Shown: positions 47,009 through 57,602 of the stretch, in pieces
How positions within the stretch are numbered: the stretch's first letter is position 1
Layout: the number at the start of each line of letters is the position of its first letter
From: Bacillota bacterium
GTDB lineage: Bacteria; Bacillota; Clostridia; Peptostreptococcales; Anaerovoracaceae
Reading direction: 5' to 3'
Assembly (NCBI GenBank): GCA_017556505.1
Contig: JAFYNS010000136.1
Span: 2,547-66,546 of the forward strand
Length of the DNA stretch: 64,000 bases
Made by a program: the position numbers and the translations under genes
Notes under the pieces: generated by a model
Databases searched by the model: none
Told to the model about the DNA's origin: nothing
The model's input: only the letters and a program-made list of their open reading frames with translations

Positions 47009-47827
47009 ATGTCCAGCATTTTCCATTACCGCGACAGTTCCATATACAGCCATCATTCCATCGACCAGCATCCCGATGTGGACGAATTTGCAATGCATGC
47101 CCATGAGTGGCTTGAGATTCTCTACTTCATTTCCGGCCGTGGAACTTACCTGGTGGAAGGAAGCCTGTATCCAATGGAACCCCACGATGTTTTTATTCTT
47201 CGTCCTGCAGAGATGCACAAGCTGGTCATTGATCCTGAAGTTCCTTATGAACGGATGGTGATTCATTTTTCTCCTGAAATACTGAACGAGCTGGACCCTT
47301 CCCACGATCTGCTGCGGCCTTTCTATGACCGTCCTCTGGGTCAGCAGAACCGGTACAGCCTGGAAAGCGACCCGGATGGTCTTCTGCGTGCCGCTTTTTC
47401 CGCCTTTAAATTCGACAAGGTGCCCGATGTCCGTATGAACCTGATGGCTCGTCTTCTGCTGATTCTGACCGCACTTGACGGGCTTCACGGTTCCGGTCAG
47501 CTTCATACACCGGCCCCCGGTCTTCAGAGTGAGCTAGTTGCCTATGTAAATGAGCACCTCTTTGAAGATATCTCCGTGCAGACCATCGCCGATGCTTTTT
47601 ACCGAAGCAAATCCCAGGTCAGCCGTATCTTTCACCAGGCCACCGGTACCTCCCTCTGGGACTATGTGGTCATCAAACGTATGATGACAGCCCGTGCCAT
47701 GATCCAGCGCGGAGAAGCCGCCAATACAGCCTGTACTGCCTGCGGTTTCAGCGATTATTCGGCCTTCTACCGGGCCTACCGGAAACATTTCGGCAATGCT
47801 CCAAAGGAAGATGCTCCCCGTCTCTAG
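47009..47827 (+). CDS. AraC-family transcriptional regulator (cupin + HTH)
   Basis: N-terminal cupin (HAHEWLEILYFISGRGTY) and a C-terminal AraC HTH (...IADAFYRSKSQVSRIF...GFSDYSAFYRAYRKHFG). GGAGG RBS before 47009. Confidence 0.85.
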   Translation: MSSIFHYRDSSIYSHHSIDQHPDVDEFAMHAHEWLEILYFISGRGTYLVEGSLYPMEPHDVFILRPAEMHKLVIDPEVPYERMVIHFSPEILNELDPSHDLLRPFYDRPLGQQNRYSLESDPDGLLRAAFSAFKFDKVPDVRMNLMARLLLILTALDGLHGSGQLHTPAPGLQSELVAYVNEHLFEDISVQTIADAFYRSKSQVSRIFHQATGTSLWDYVVIKRMMTARAMIQRGEAANTACTACGFSDYSAFYRAYRKHFGNAPKEDAPRL

Positions 47828-47832
47828 CAAAA

Positions 47833-49053
47833 TCAGAAGTTTTCTTCCCGGTATACAGAAGGTGTAGTACCATACTGTTTTTTAAACACACGAATAAAAT
47901 AGGTTGTATCCTGAAATCCACATTCTTCTGCAATATCCTGAATCCGCTTTCTTTCATCCCGGAGCAGAATCAAAGACCGCTCCATCCGCTTTCTGTGGAC
48001 ATACTCCGTCAAAGTGCAGCCACATTCTTTGCGGAACAGTTTGGACAGATAACTGCTGTTCACATTAATCTGTTCTGCGATAGTGCTGAGAGATAAATCT
48101 GCAGTGACATCGTAATGAATCAGCGTAATGGCCTTTCCCACATAATAGGAGTACTGTTTCAAAGAGTGATTTTTTACCAGAAGACAGTAGTCACGAATCA
48201 TATCTTCCTGTACCTGCAAGCTTTCACGGATGGTCCGGGCCTGTTCGATGTGCTGAGCATAGGCTGATGAGAGACGGTGAATATGAAGTGGATGAACGCC
48301 GCCGTATTCGGCTGCTTTGCGGAGAAGAGTCTTCAGAATGATCAGGTAGTTTTTCCGGTTCCGCAGAGAGTCAGGGTGGCGCGGTTCAGTTCCATTGTTA
48401 AATACAGAAGATGCCACAGAGGTCAGAAGATGAAGTTTTCCTTCGCTCACCGCCTTCATCAGAATTTTTTCATTTTCATAGTTTGCTTCCAGGACGGAAA
48501 GACTTAAAGGTGCGTCATAAGGGTCTCCATTCACAGCTGAAACCGGTATTGGAGTACTGTGGTCACGAATCTCATATTCAATGTATTCCATGATGTATTG
48601 ATCCTTTGATCCCCAGATTCTGGTTCCCAGCGTATTGGCTAGGGTCAGAAGCCAGTTTTCATCCTCGATAACAGGCAAATCAGCATAATAAATCATAAGC
48701 TGTTTTATTTTAGCTTCCGTCAAAGAAAGGCGAGACGCTTTTTTTTCTATAAAATCCCGGTCAGGAAGGCTCAGAAGAAAAGGACCGATGAAAAAATAAG
48801 TCCCATCAGGCAGCCGCATAAAGACATATTTACAGTCATATTCATCAACAAAGCGGTAGATAACGTTATTACTGGCGGCATTCAGGGAATTTTCCAGAAT
48901 GGAAATATAATTGTCTGTATCATAAAGAAGGCTGCGAAGGCCCAGATCCACAGATGACGAAATACAGATCTCAGGTTCAGTCAATATAGTGCTTGAAATG
49001 TGCATTGCAGAAAGAAGACTGCGGGTAAAGTTTAATTCGGCTGTATATTCCAT
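47833..49053 (-). CDS. AraC-family transcriptional regulator with a large N-terminal sensor domain
   Basis: C-terminus ...IAEQINVNSSYLSKLFRKECG...CGFQDTTYFIRVFKKQYG. Confidence 0.8.
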   Translation of the reverse strand: MEYTAELNFTRSLLSAMHISSTILTEPEICISSSVDLGLRSLLYDTDNYISILENSLNAASNNVIYRFVDEYDCKYVFMRLPDGTYFFIGPFLLSLPDRDFIEKKASRLSLTEAKIKQLMIYYADLPVIEDENWLLTLANTLGTRIWGSKDQYIMEYIEYEIRDHSTPIPVSAVNGDPYDAPLSLSVLEANYENEKILMKAVSEGKLHLLTSVASSVFNNGTEPRHPDSLRNRKNYLIILKTLLRKAAEYGGVHPLHIHRLSSAYAQHIEQARTIRESLQVQEDMIRDYCLLVKNHSLKQYSYYVGKAITLIHYDVTADLSLSTIAEQINVNSSYLSKLFRKECGCTLTEYVHRKRMERSLILLRDERKRIQDIAEECGFQDTTYFIRVFKKQYGTTPSVYREENF

Positions 49054-49229
49054 AGACGCCTCCTTGTCGATTATTTAACCAGATTATATGACATATTTGC
49101 CCGAAATACAATAAAACAGCGAAAATTATACTATAATAAATCAATTTCATCCTATCGCTTCTCCTATAATATAAAGTAGAATAAAATTTAGTATATTATA
49201 ACTTATGTTTCATTAAAGGAGTTGCAACG

Positions 49230-50624
49230 ATGAAAAATACCCCCGTAACACTTCGTCCGTTCGGATGGAGAGACAGAGTCGGCTACATGGTTGGTAATGT
49301 GGCCAATGACTTTACTTTTATTTTCGCAAGCTTATATTTACAGGTATTTTATACTGACGTTCTTGGCATCAACGCCGGTCTGGTAGGTACCATGTTCCTG
49401 ATTGCACGTATTGTAGATGCATTTACAGATACTGCAATGGGCCGCATCTGTGACAAGACCAAGGCTACCAAAAACGGTAAGTTCCGTCCTTGGCTGCTGC
49501 GTGCCTGCGGTCCTGTGGCACTGGCATCCTTCCTGATGTATCAGACATTTGCCACCGGTCTGACCATGCCGCTGCGTATTGCTTATATGTTTATCACATA
49601 TCTGCTGTGGGGCAGTGTATGTTATACCTGCATCAACATTCCTTACGGTTCCATGGCATCCGTAATGAGTAACGAACCGGACCACCGTGCATCTCTGTCC
49701 ACTTTCCGCGGTGTGGGTTCCATGATTCCGCAGATTCTGGTAGGGGTTGTGGTTCCTTTGTTCCTGTACACCACCATGGAAGACGGAACCAAGGTTGCCA
49801 ATGCATCTGCCTTCCCTGTGGTTGCACTGATTACTTCCATTCTGGCAGTGATCTGCTACATTATCTGCTATTTCCTGTGTACAGAACGTGTGAAGGTTAC
49901 CGAAGAAAGCCAGAGTGTTTCCTTTAAGGACACCCTGAAGGCTCTGTCCGGAAACCGTGCTCTGATAGGTATTGCACTGGTATTCGTATGCTATCTGGGT
50001 GCACAGATGCTGAATCAGACCATCAACAACTATATCTTCAAGGACTACTTTGGAAACACTACGGGGCTTTCTGTAATGAATGCAGCAGGTTTCGCACCGG
50101 CGCTGATTCTGGCACCTTGCGCAGTACCTCTGGCCCGTAAGTTCGGTAAGAAGGAGCTGGGCATCTTTGCATCTGCAATGGGTACCGTTGCCTTCGGTGC
50201 ACTGTTCTTGATGCGTACCACCAACATGTGGCTGTACACCATCATCAATATTGTGGGCCTGCTGGGCTTCGGTCTGTTCAACCTGATTATCTGGGCATTT
50301 GTCAGCGACGTAATTGATGATCAGGAAGTACGCACCGGAAAGCGTGATGACGGTACCATCTATGCAGTATGTTCCTTTGCACGTAAGCTGGGCCAGGCTA
50401 TCGCCAGTGCACTGGGAGGCTGGAGTTTAGGCTGGATCGGTTATGTGGAAGGTTCCATGTCCGGTCAGTCCGATGCAGTTCGTGAAGGTATCTATAACAT
50501 TGCTACTCTGGTGCCGATGATTCTGTATCTGGCAGTAGGTATCTGTCTGCTGGTAATCTATCCTCTGAGCAAGAAGAAGGTTAACGAAAATACTGCAGTT
50601 CTGAGAGTCAGAAGAGGCGAATAA
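49230..50624 (+). CDS. GPH-family glycoside/glucuronide:cation symporter (MFS_2)
   Basis: ...GYMVGNVANDF...LIARIVDAFTDTAMGRICDKT...GKFRPWLL... is typical of MelB/UidB-type carriers. Confidence 0.8.
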   Translation: MKNTPVTLRPFGWRDRVGYMVGNVANDFTFIFASLYLQVFYTDVLGINAGLVGTMFLIARIVDAFTDTAMGRICDKTKATKNGKFRPWLLRACGPVALASFLMYQTFATGLTMPLRIAYMFITYLLWGSVCYTCINIPYGSMASVMSNEPDHRASLSTFRGVGSMIPQILVGVVVPLFLYTTMEDGTKVANASAFPVVALITSILAVICYIICYFLCTERVKVTEESQSVSFKDTLKALSGNRALIGIALVFVCYLGAQMLNQTINNYIFKDYFGNTTGLSVMNAAGFAPALILAPCAVPLARKFGKKELGIFASAMGTVAFGALFLMRTTNMWLYTIINIVGLLGFGLFNLIIWAFVSDVIDDQEVRTGKRDDGTIYAVCSFARKLGQAIASALGGWSLGWIGYVEGSMSGQSDAVREGIYNIATLVPMILYLAVGICLLVIYPLSKKKVNENTAVLRVRRGE

Positions 50625-50627
50625 TTT

Positions 50628-52907
50628 ATGAGAACAGTTTTAAATATAAACAGAGACTGGGTCTTTGTAAAAAATATGACAGAAGCTCCGGCCAGCCTGC
50701 CGCAGACCGGAGAACAGGTAAATCTTCCCCATACCTGGAATGGGGAAGACGGTCAGGACGGCGGAAACAACTATTTCCGCGGTACCTGCTGTTATGCCAG
50801 AAACATTCTGAAAAGTGAACTGCCGGATGGTGAAAAATATTTCCTGCAGATTCACGGTGCCAACTCTTCCGCTGAAGTATACATGAACGGTAAGCGTCTG
50901 GCCCATCACGATGGCGGTTATTCCACCTGGCGTGTAGAAATCACCAATACTTTGAGAAATGAAAACTGTCTGGTCATTCTGGTGGACAACAGCGCCAATG
51001 AAACAGTTTATCCACAGACTGCAGACTTTACCTTCTATGGCGGCCTGTACCGTGATGTGGAAATTGTGGCCGTTCCGGAAACACATTTTGAGCTGGAACA
51101 TCTGGGATGTCCCGGCATCTACGTGACACCTGTCATGGACGGCAGCTGTGCAAAGGTTGCCGTTCAGACCTATGTGATGGACAGAAAAGACGGCGACCAG
51201 ATCCGTTTCCGCATTCTGGAAGCAGACGGAACTGTGGCAGCTGAATATACCGGAAGCAGCGAGAAAATGGATTTTGTGCTGGAAAATGCACATCTTTGGG
51301 ACGGTACTAACGACCCGTACCTGTACACTGCAGAAGCATCCATTCTCAGAAACGGGGAAGCACTGGACAAGGTAAGCACACGGTTCGGATGCAGAAGCTT
51401 CGAAATCCATCCGGAAAGAGGTTTTATCCTTAACGGAAGAGAATATCCTCTGCGGGGTGTGAGCCGCCATCAGGACCGTTGGGGCATCGGCAATGCCCTT
51501 CTGAAAGAGCATCACGATGAAGATATGGACCTGATCTGCGAAGTGGGCGCCAACACCATACGTCTGGCCCACTACCAGCATGACCAGTACTTCTATGATC
51601 TGTGCGATGAGCGGGGGATGGTGGTATGGGCGGAAATCCCTTACATTTCCCGCCACATGCCGGAAGCCAACACCAACACTCATAATCAGATGAAAGAACT
51701 GATTACCCAGTGTTACAACCACCCAAGCATCTGCGTCTGGGGGCTGTCCAACGAAATCACCATGGACGGTGCCAAAGATCCGGATATGATCCGAAATCAC
51801 CGTCAGCTGAACGATCTGGTTCACAGGATGGACCCGAATCGTCCGACTGTCATCGCCTGCATTTCCATGTGCGGTATGGATGAAGAATATGTTCACATTC
51901 CTGATGTGGTCAGCTATAACCACTATTTTGGATGGTACGGCGGCAGTATGGAAGAGTACGGACCATGGTTCGACAAGTTCCATGCAAAATATCCGGATAC
52001 TCCAATCGGCTGCTCCGAGTACGGCTGTGAGGCCCTCAACTGGCATAATTCCAATCCGGAAAGCGGAGACTATTCAGAAGAATATCAGGCCATGTACCAC
52101 GAATCCCTGATCCGCCAGCTTTTCAGCCGGAAATACATCTGGGCGACGCATGTGTGGAACATGTTCGACTTCGGTGCTGATGCCAGAGCCGAAGGCGGTG
52201 AAAACGGCCAGAACCACAAGGGTCTGATTACCATTGACCGTAAATACAAGAAGGATTCCTTCTATGCATATACGGCCTGGCTCAATCCGGAACCAATGAT
52301 TCACCTCTGCGGCAAACGCTACATCGACCGTGTGGAAGACATAACGAAGATTACCGTATATTCCAACCAGCCGGAAGTGGAACTTTTTGCAAACGGTGTC
52401 AGTCTGGGCAGAAAGCAGGCAGCAGACCACTTCTTCTATTTCGATGTACCGAACCGCGGTGAAACGAAGCTGGAAGCTGTGGCGGGCAATCTTCGTGATG
52501 AAAGCATCATCCGCAAGGTGGATACCATGAACCAGGACTATATTCTGAGAGAGCAGGGAGCGGTGCTCAACTGGTTCGATATTGTGGAAGTAGAAGGACG
52601 TTTCAGCTTAAACGATAAGCTGGGGGATATCTTTAAGACCTTCCGCGGCAAAATCTGGTTTGCCGGCCTCTTCATGACTCTTGCCAGAAAAATGAGCCAG
52701 GGTACGCCGCAGTCAGATAAGGGCGATAAAAAGAAGAAAAAGAAGAAGGCAAAGAACCCTGAAATGAACAGCGGTGTCATGGACATGATCAGTAACTTTA
52801 CTGTTCTGCGTTTTACCGGAATGCTGGGAATGCGCAATGTAACCTTTACCAAGGAAGAACTGCTGAATATGAATGCCAAGCTGAATAAAATAAGAAAACC
52901 AAAATAG
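50628..52907 (+). CDS. GH2 glycoside hydrolase, beta-glucuronidase candidate, with a C-terminal extension
   Basis: WGLSNEITMDG (acid/base Glu), CSEYGCEA (nucleophile Glu), NHYFGWYGG, and N-H-K at codons 529-531 (nt 52212-52220), which matches the N-x-K carboxylate-recognition motif of glucuronidases. Lys-run KKKKKKKAK at approx 52728-52754. Confidence 0.7.
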   Translation: MRTVLNINRDWVFVKNMTEAPASLPQTGEQVNLPHTWNGEDGQDGGNNYFRGTCCYARNILKSELPDGEKYFLQIHGANSSAEVYMNGKRLAHHDGGYSTWRVEITNTLRNENCLVILVDNSANETVYPQTADFTFYGGLYRDVEIVAVPETHFELEHLGCPGIYVTPVMDGSCAKVAVQTYVMDRKDGDQIRFRILEADGTVAAEYTGSSEKMDFVLENAHLWDGTNDPYLYTAEASILRNGEALDKVSTRFGCRSFEIHPERGFILNGREYPLRGVSRHQDRWGIGNALLKEHHDEDMDLICEVGANTIRLAHYQHDQYFYDLCDERGMVVWAEIPYISRHMPEANTNTHNQMKELITQCYNHPSICVWGLSNEITMDGAKDPDMIRNHRQLNDLVHRMDPNRPTVIACISMCGMDEEYVHIPDVVSYNHYFGWYGGSMEEYGPWFDKFHAKYPDTPIGCSEYGCEALNWHNSNPESGDYSEEYQAMYHESLIRQLFSRKYIWATHVWNMFDFGADARAEGGENGQNHKGLITIDRKYKKDSFYAYTAWLNPEPMIHLCGKRYIDRVEDITKITVYSNQPEVELFANGVSLGRKQAADHFFYFDVPNRGETKLEAVAGNLRDESIIRKVDTMNQDYILREQGAVLNWFDIVEVEGRFSLNDKLGDIFKTFRGKIWFAGLFMTLARKMSQGTPQSDKGDKKKKKKKAKNPEMNSGVMDMISNFTVLRFTGMLGMRNVTFTKEELLNMNAKLNKIRKPK

Positions 52908-52916
52908 TTATTCCGT

Positions 52917-52951
52917 AAAAACGCATCCGAATCAATCCGGCTGCGTTTTTA
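52917..52951 (+). terminator. Terminator after the GH2 gene
   Basis: AAAACGCA...TGCGTTTTT hairpin. Confidence 0.6.
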
Positions 52952-53062
52952 TTATCCGACCACTATGCATTTTCACGGGATGTTCACTTGTCTTCATATT
53001 CATATTTTGTTAGAATAGCAATGTATACTGAATTCCGCATTTGAAATAAAAGGAGAACAACA

Positions 53063-53782
53063 ATGAACCGAATTGTAACCATGGTCTCCCGTAATCTGTT
53101 CAAGGTTCCAGGTCTCTGGGTGAAACTTTGCCGCTACGCGAAGAATGCCCCTGACCATCCGGAACAGGAGCAGGAACGTTATGACCTGATTCGACATATT
53201 TTGACACTTGGCGTTACCAGCGGAAACATCCATCTGGACATTACCGGCCTGGACAACCTGCCTGAAGAGGATGGCTTCATGATTTACGCCAACCATCAGG
53301 GTCTCTTTGACTGCGTGGCTCTGGTTTACGCCTGTCCGCGTCCCCTGGGTGCTGTCTGCAAAAAAGAACTGAAAGGCATTCCATTCGTGCAGCAGGTTAT
53401 CGACTGCACCAAGTCCTTCCTCATGGACCGTGACGATGCCCGCCAGTCTTTAGGTGTTATTCAGGAAGTTACGAAGGAAGTTGCCGGCGGCAGAAACTAT
53501 GTAATTTTCCCTGAAGGTACCAGAAGCCGGGAAGGCAACAAGATGCAGGAATTCCATGCAGGATCTTTCCGTGCAGCTGTGAAGGCAAAGAAACCGGTCG
53601 TACCCGTGGCAGTGATTGACACCCATAAAGTATTTGATACAAAGGGTTCCGCACCTGTCCATGCTCAGCTCCACTTCCTGCCAGCCATTCAGCCGGAAGA
53701 ATTTGAAGGCATGAAAGCGCAGGAACTCTGTGATATGGTAAAAGCAAGAATTGAAGAGAAAGTAAAAAAATGCAGCCAATAG
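53063..53782 (+). CDS. plsC: 1-acyl-sn-glycerol-3-phosphate acyltransferase
   Basis: NHQGLFD (HX4D) and FPEGTRS motifs. Confidence 0.8.
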   Translation: MNRIVTMVSRNLFKVPGLWVKLCRYAKNAPDHPEQEQERYDLIRHILTLGVTSGNIHLDITGLDNLPEEDGFMIYANHQGLFDCVALVYACPRPLGAVCKKELKGIPFVQQVIDCTKSFLMDRDDARQSLGVIQEVTKEVAGGRNYVIFPEGTRSREGNKMQEFHAGSFRAAVKAKKPVVPVAVIDTHKVFDTKGSAPVHAQLHFLPAIQPEEFEGMKAQELCDMVKARIEEKVKKCSQ

Positions 53783-53812
53783 GCTGCATTTTTTATGTTA
53801 TCAGTTTTTAAA

Positions 53813-55228
53813 TTATTTCCAGAATTCCAGACCCTTGTCGTCGACACCGGCATTCTTTGCAACGAATACAGGGTTCTTGCCTTCCTTCTTCTGCTTGCAG
53901 TAGTCGTCCAGACACTTCATAGCAGGCTTCATCAGCAGCAGAATTACAGGTACGTTTACGATTACCATCAGACCCTGCGTCATGTCAGCCAGGTTCCATA
54001 CAGTGGAAGCGGAAGCTACAGCACCCAGGAATACCAGGAAAGTAGCCAGGATTCTGAATGCCAGAATACCGTTCTTGCTTACTTCACGGTTCAGAATGAA
54101 ACGCAGACAGCCTTCACAGTAAGAATAGTTACCAATCAGAGTTGTGAATGCGAACAGGGACATTGCAACGGACAGGAATACAGGACCGAAACCGCCCAGG
54201 TTTGCAGCCATTGCATTCTGTACATAAGCAGCACCACCCATGTCAGGATTGAACTCTGCACCAGAGGACAGGCACATGAAAGCAGTAGCAGTACAGATCA
54301 GCAGAGTGTCGATGAATACGGACAGCATCTGTACCAGACCCTGCTTGGCAGGATGGGAAACGTCTGCAGTAGCAGCTGCGTTAGGAGCAGAACCCATACC
54401 AGCTTCGTTGGAGTACAGACCTCTCTTGATACCGTTCATTACGCAGGAACCAGCGAAACCGCCGAAGATTGCCTTGAAGTCGAATGCAGATTCGAAGATC
54501 ATGCCGAACATTGCAGGGATCTGCTTTGCATTCAGAATCAGTACCAGGATTGCTACCAGAACGTAGATAACGCCCATGAAAGGTACCATTACTTCAGTAA
54601 CCTTGATCAGTCTCTTCGCACCGCCGATGACAATGATACCGAACAGAACTGCAAGGATTACACCGATGATGGCATCCGTGGAATCACCGTACCAGCTGAA
54701 TGCAGCGAATGTGGACTGCAGATTGTAGGAAGCCAGCATGTTGTAACCAACTGCATAAGTAGCAATGATCAGAACAGAGAAGATTACACCCAGCCATCTC
54801 TGACCCAGAGCATCTCTCATGTAGTAAGCAGGACCGCCGTAGCTTGTGCCGTCAGAATCCTTCTTCTTATAAATCTGAGCCAGTGTGGATTCCACGAACG
54901 CGGAAGCACCGCCGATGATAGCAGTAACCCACATCCAGAACACAGCACCTGCGCCGCCTGCACAGATTGCAGTCGCCACACCGATGATGTTACCGGTACC
55001 TACACGGGATGCTGTGGAAACCATCAGAGCACCGAAGGAAGAGATACCGCCTTCCGTACTTGGCTTTTCCATAATTACCTTAAAAGATTCAGTGAACAGA
55101 CGCACCTGAATAAACTTGGTGCCTACTGTCAGGATGATTCCGCCAGCCAGCAGAATCAGAGGAACGCACCATGGCTGATATAACACGCCGCTGACTGCGT
55201 TGATGATGTTGTTGATAATGTCCATCAT
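53813..55228 (-). CDS. Alanine/glycine:cation symporter (AGCS family)
   Basis: ...FGALMVSTASRVGTGNIIGVATAI..., ...GLYSNEAGMGSAPNAAA... Confidence 0.85.
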   Translation of the reverse strand: MMDIINNIINAVSGVLYQPWCVPLILLAGGIILTVGTKFIQVRLFTESFKVIMEKPSTEGGISSFGALMVSTASRVGTGNIIGVATAICAGGAGAVFWMWVTAIIGGASAFVESTLAQIYKKKDSDGTSYGGPAYYMRDALGQRWLGVIFSVLIIATYAVGYNMLASYNLQSTFAAFSWYGDSTDAIIGVILAVLFGIIVIGGAKRLIKVTEVMVPFMGVIYVLVAILVLILNAKQIPAMFGMIFESAFDFKAIFGGFAGSCVMNGIKRGLYSNEAGMGSAPNAAATADVSHPAKQGLVQMLSVFIDTLLICTATAFMCLSSGAEFNPDMGGAAYVQNAMAANLGGFGPVFLSVAMSLFAFTTLIGNYSYCEGCLRFILNREVSKNGILAFRILATFLVFLGAVASASTVWNLADMTQGLMVIVNVPVILLLMKPAMKCLDDYCKQKKEGKNPVFVAKNAGVDDKGLEFWK

Positions 55229-55282
55229 AGTTAAAGTTCTCCTGTTTAATTAAACAACTAAAAAATAAATACATACCCAAAC

Positions 55283-55311
55283 ATTATAAACAAATTCTTA
55301 ACAAAGTGCAA
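55283..55311 (-). promoter_or_regulatory. SigA-type promoter of the AGCS gene
   Basis: The minus strand reads TTGCAC-17 nt-TATAAT. Confidence 0.5.
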
Positions 55312-55347
55312 GAAAAAAAATCCCGCTGAACCTGTAATTCAGCGGGA
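55312..55347 (-). terminator. Terminator after pckA
   Basis: TCCCGCTGAA pairs with TTCAGCGGGA. TTTTTTTTCT follows on the minus strand. Confidence 0.7.
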
Positions 55348-55373
55348 TTTCTGCACTTTTATGTTTGAAATTT

Positions 55374-56978
55374 CTATTTCTGAGGGCCTGCAGCAACCAG
55401 TGCCTTGCCGGCATCGTTTCCGCAGAACTTTACGAAGTTATTGATGAATCTGCCAGCCAGATCCAGAGCCTTTTCTTCCCACTGTGCAGTTTCTGCATAA
55501 GTGTCACGAGGGTCCAGAATTGCAGGGTCTACGCCTGGTAATTCAGTTGGAACTTCGAAGTTGAAGTAAGGAATGGTCTTGGTAGGTGCTGCGTTGATAT
55601 CTCCGGACAGAATACCGTCGATAATACCACGGGTATCCTTAATGGAGATACGCTTGCCTGTTCCGTTCCAGCCGGTGTTTACCAGGTAAGCCTTGGCACC
55701 GGAAGCTTCCATTCTCTTAACCAGTTCTTCTGCATACTTGGTTGGGTGCAGTTCCAGGAACGGCTGACCGAAGCAGGAGGAGAAGGTTGGAGTCGGTTCA
55801 GTAATGCCTCTTTCAGTACCAGCCAGCTTCGCAGTGAAACCGGACAGGAAGTAGTACTGCGTCTGCTGCGGAGTCAGGATGGATACAGGAGGCAGTACGC
55901 CGAATGCGTCAGCGGACAGGAAAATTACGTTCTTCGCAGCCGGTGCAGCAGATACAGGACGCACAATGTTTTCGATATGGTCAATCGGATAGGAAACACG
56001 GGTGTTTTCAGTTACAGACTTGTCAGCAAAATCAATCTTGCCGTTTTCATCCAGAGTAACGTTTTCCAGCAGAGCGTTTCTTCTGATTGCGTTGTAGATG
56101 TCTGGTTCGGAATCCTTATCCAGGTTGATAACCTTGGCATAGCAGCCGCCTTCAAAGTTGAAGATGCCGTTATCGTCCCAGCCGTGTTCGTCATCGCCGA
56201 TCAGCAGTCTCTTAGGGTCGGTGGACAGAGTTGTCTTACCGGTACCGGACAGACCGAAGAATACAGCAGTATTTTCGTGGTTCATGTCGCAGTTTGCGGA
56301 GCAGTGCATGGAAGCAATGCCCTTCAGCGGCAGGTAGTAGTTCATCATGGAGAACATACCCTTCTTCATTTCACCGCCGTACCAGGTGTTCAGGATAACC
56401 TGTTCTCTGGAAGTGATGTTGAATGCAACACAGGTTTCAGAGTTCAGACCCAGTTCTTTATAGTTTTCAGCCTTTGCCTTGGAAGCAGTATAAACTACGA
56501 AGTCAGGTTCAAAAGCAGCCAGTTCTTCTTCTGTAGGCTTGATGAACATGTTTGTAACAAAGTGAGCCTGCCAAGCCACTTCCATGATGAAACGGATGGC
56601 CATACGGGTATCCTTGTTCGCACCGCAGAAAGCATCTACAACGTACAGCTTCTTTCCGGACAGCTGCTTCTGTGCCAGACCCTTTACGGTAGCCCATACT
56701 TCTTCACTCATTGGATGGTTGTCATTCTTAAACTCATCGGAAGTCCACCATACAGTGTCTCTGGAGTTTTCATCCATTACAATGTATTTATCTTTAGGGG
56801 AACGGCCGGTGTATACGCCGGTCATAACATTTACCGCACCCAGTTCACTTACCTGGCCCTTGTCAAAACCAGTCAGTTCAGGCTTCATTTCTTCTTCGAA
56901 CAGTACTTCGTAAGAAGGGTTGTGCACGATCTCTGTCGCTTCAGTGATACCGTACTTTGTTAAATCAATCATTGCCAT
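55374..56978 (-). CDS. pckA: Phosphoenolpyruvate carboxykinase (ATP)
   Basis: ...[13 protein letters not shown]...IGDDEHGW...GGCYAK... Confidence 0.9.
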   Translation of the reverse strand: MAMIDLTKYGITEATEIVHNPSYEVLFEEEMKPELTGFDKGQVSELGAVNVMTGVYTGRSPKDKYIVMDENSRDTVWWTSDEFKNDNHPMSEEVWATVKGLAQKQLSGKKLYVVDAFCGANKDTRMAIRFIMEVAWQAHFVTNMFIKPTEEELAAFEPDFVVYTASKAKAENYKELGLNSETCVAFNITSREQVILNTWYGGEMKKGMFSMMNYYLPLKGIASMHCSANCDMNHENTAVFFGLSGTGKTTLSTDPKRLLIGDDEHGWDDNGIFNFEGGCYAKVINLDKDSEPDIYNAIRRNALLENVTLDENGKIDFADKSVTENTRVSYPIDHIENIVRPVSAAPAAKNVIFLSADAFGVLPPVSILTPQQTQYYFLSGFTAKLAGTERGITEPTPTFSSCFGQPFLELHPTKYAEELVKRMEASGAKAYLVNTGWNGTGKRISIKDTRGIIDGILSGDINAAPTKTIPYFNFEVPTELPGVDPAILDPRDTYAETAQWEEKALDLAGRFINNFVKFCGNDAGKALVAAGPQK

Positions 56979-57134
56979 CTTTCTCTACCTCATCTCTCAT
57001 TTCTCTTCGTGTTTTCGCGTTCAGGCTGATTATTTTTTCAAAATATCCGGAGCCGGCCTCTCCGCCCCAGCTGCAGTCTGCAGCAATTCCGCGCTGGACG
57101 TACTCCTCTAATTTACATTATACTTACCTCTTTG

Positions 57135-57182
57135 GAAAAAGCAAGCGGAAACCTCAAATCTTTAGAATCTTAAGGTTTCCGC
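57135..57182 (-). terminator. Terminator after the GNAT pair
   Basis: GCGGAAACCT pairs with AGGTTTCCGC. TTGCTTTTTCC follows on the minus strand. Confidence 0.55.
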
Positions 57183-57195
57183 CTGTTTGACTTAA

Positions 57196-57579
57196 TTATT
57201 TTAAACAGTTATTTTTCGACATGGGCCCATCCAGCAGATCCCAAACCATGACTTCGGACTTGACCGGATCTCCTGCAAAACCGTCTTCTATGTACATACA
57301 GTGTTCTGCGCCCAGTTTTGCGTAGAGTCTGCGGGCGTTATCGTTGGCATCAACAAAGCAGACACCCATGCGAGGATAGCCTTCTGCCCAGCCCACTTCC
57401 GCGACCTTTTTCACCAGTGCAGTTCCGATACCCTGTCCTCGAAGGTGCTTTTCGATATAGAGGGAATATACGTAGATGCAGTTTTCAATCCGCTGATAAG
57501 GCTTGAATCCCACGATGCCCCCAAGTTTCTCCGGGCCTGCCAGCCGGATTTCAAGTTTTTTCTTGTCAGATGAACACAT
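57196..57579 (-). CDS. GNAT N-acetyltransferase, N-terminally short paralog of the upstream gene
   Basis: ...YVYSLYIEKHLRGQGIGTALVKKV... aligns with residues from about 60 onward of the 172-aa neighbor. Confidence 0.6.
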   Translation of the reverse strand: MCSSDKKKLEIRLAGPEKLGGIVGFKPYQRIENCIYVYSLYIEKHLRGQGIGTALVKKVAEVGWAEGYPRMGVCFVDANDNARRLYAKLGAEHCMYIEDGFAGDPVKSEVMVWDLLDGPMSKNNCLK

Positions 57580-57602
57580 AAAACATCTACTCCTTTATAA
57601 TT

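Noticed and set aside
52728-52754. The A-rich lysine run in the GH2 gene as a frameshift site or pseudogene signal.
   Set aside because: The reading frame continues uninterrupted for another 50 codons to a normal stop followed by a terminator. There is no evidence of disruption.
8979-56963. Many long ORFs in the track lie antisense to, or out of frame with, the genes called above. Examples are 8979-10223, 9935-11119, 15702-16757, 22379-23701, 23989-25458, 25600-26763, 26843-28129, 28879-30111, 29984-31567, 32801-33961, 36861-37862, 40438-42333, 44098-46038, 50640-52046, 53795-55183 and 55746-56963.
   Set aside because: Each fully overlaps a gene on the opposite strand that has clear family motifs. 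Their translations are Cys/His/Arg/Gln-rich, lack recognisable motifs and lack RBSs. They are shadow ORFs typical of mid-GC coding DNA.
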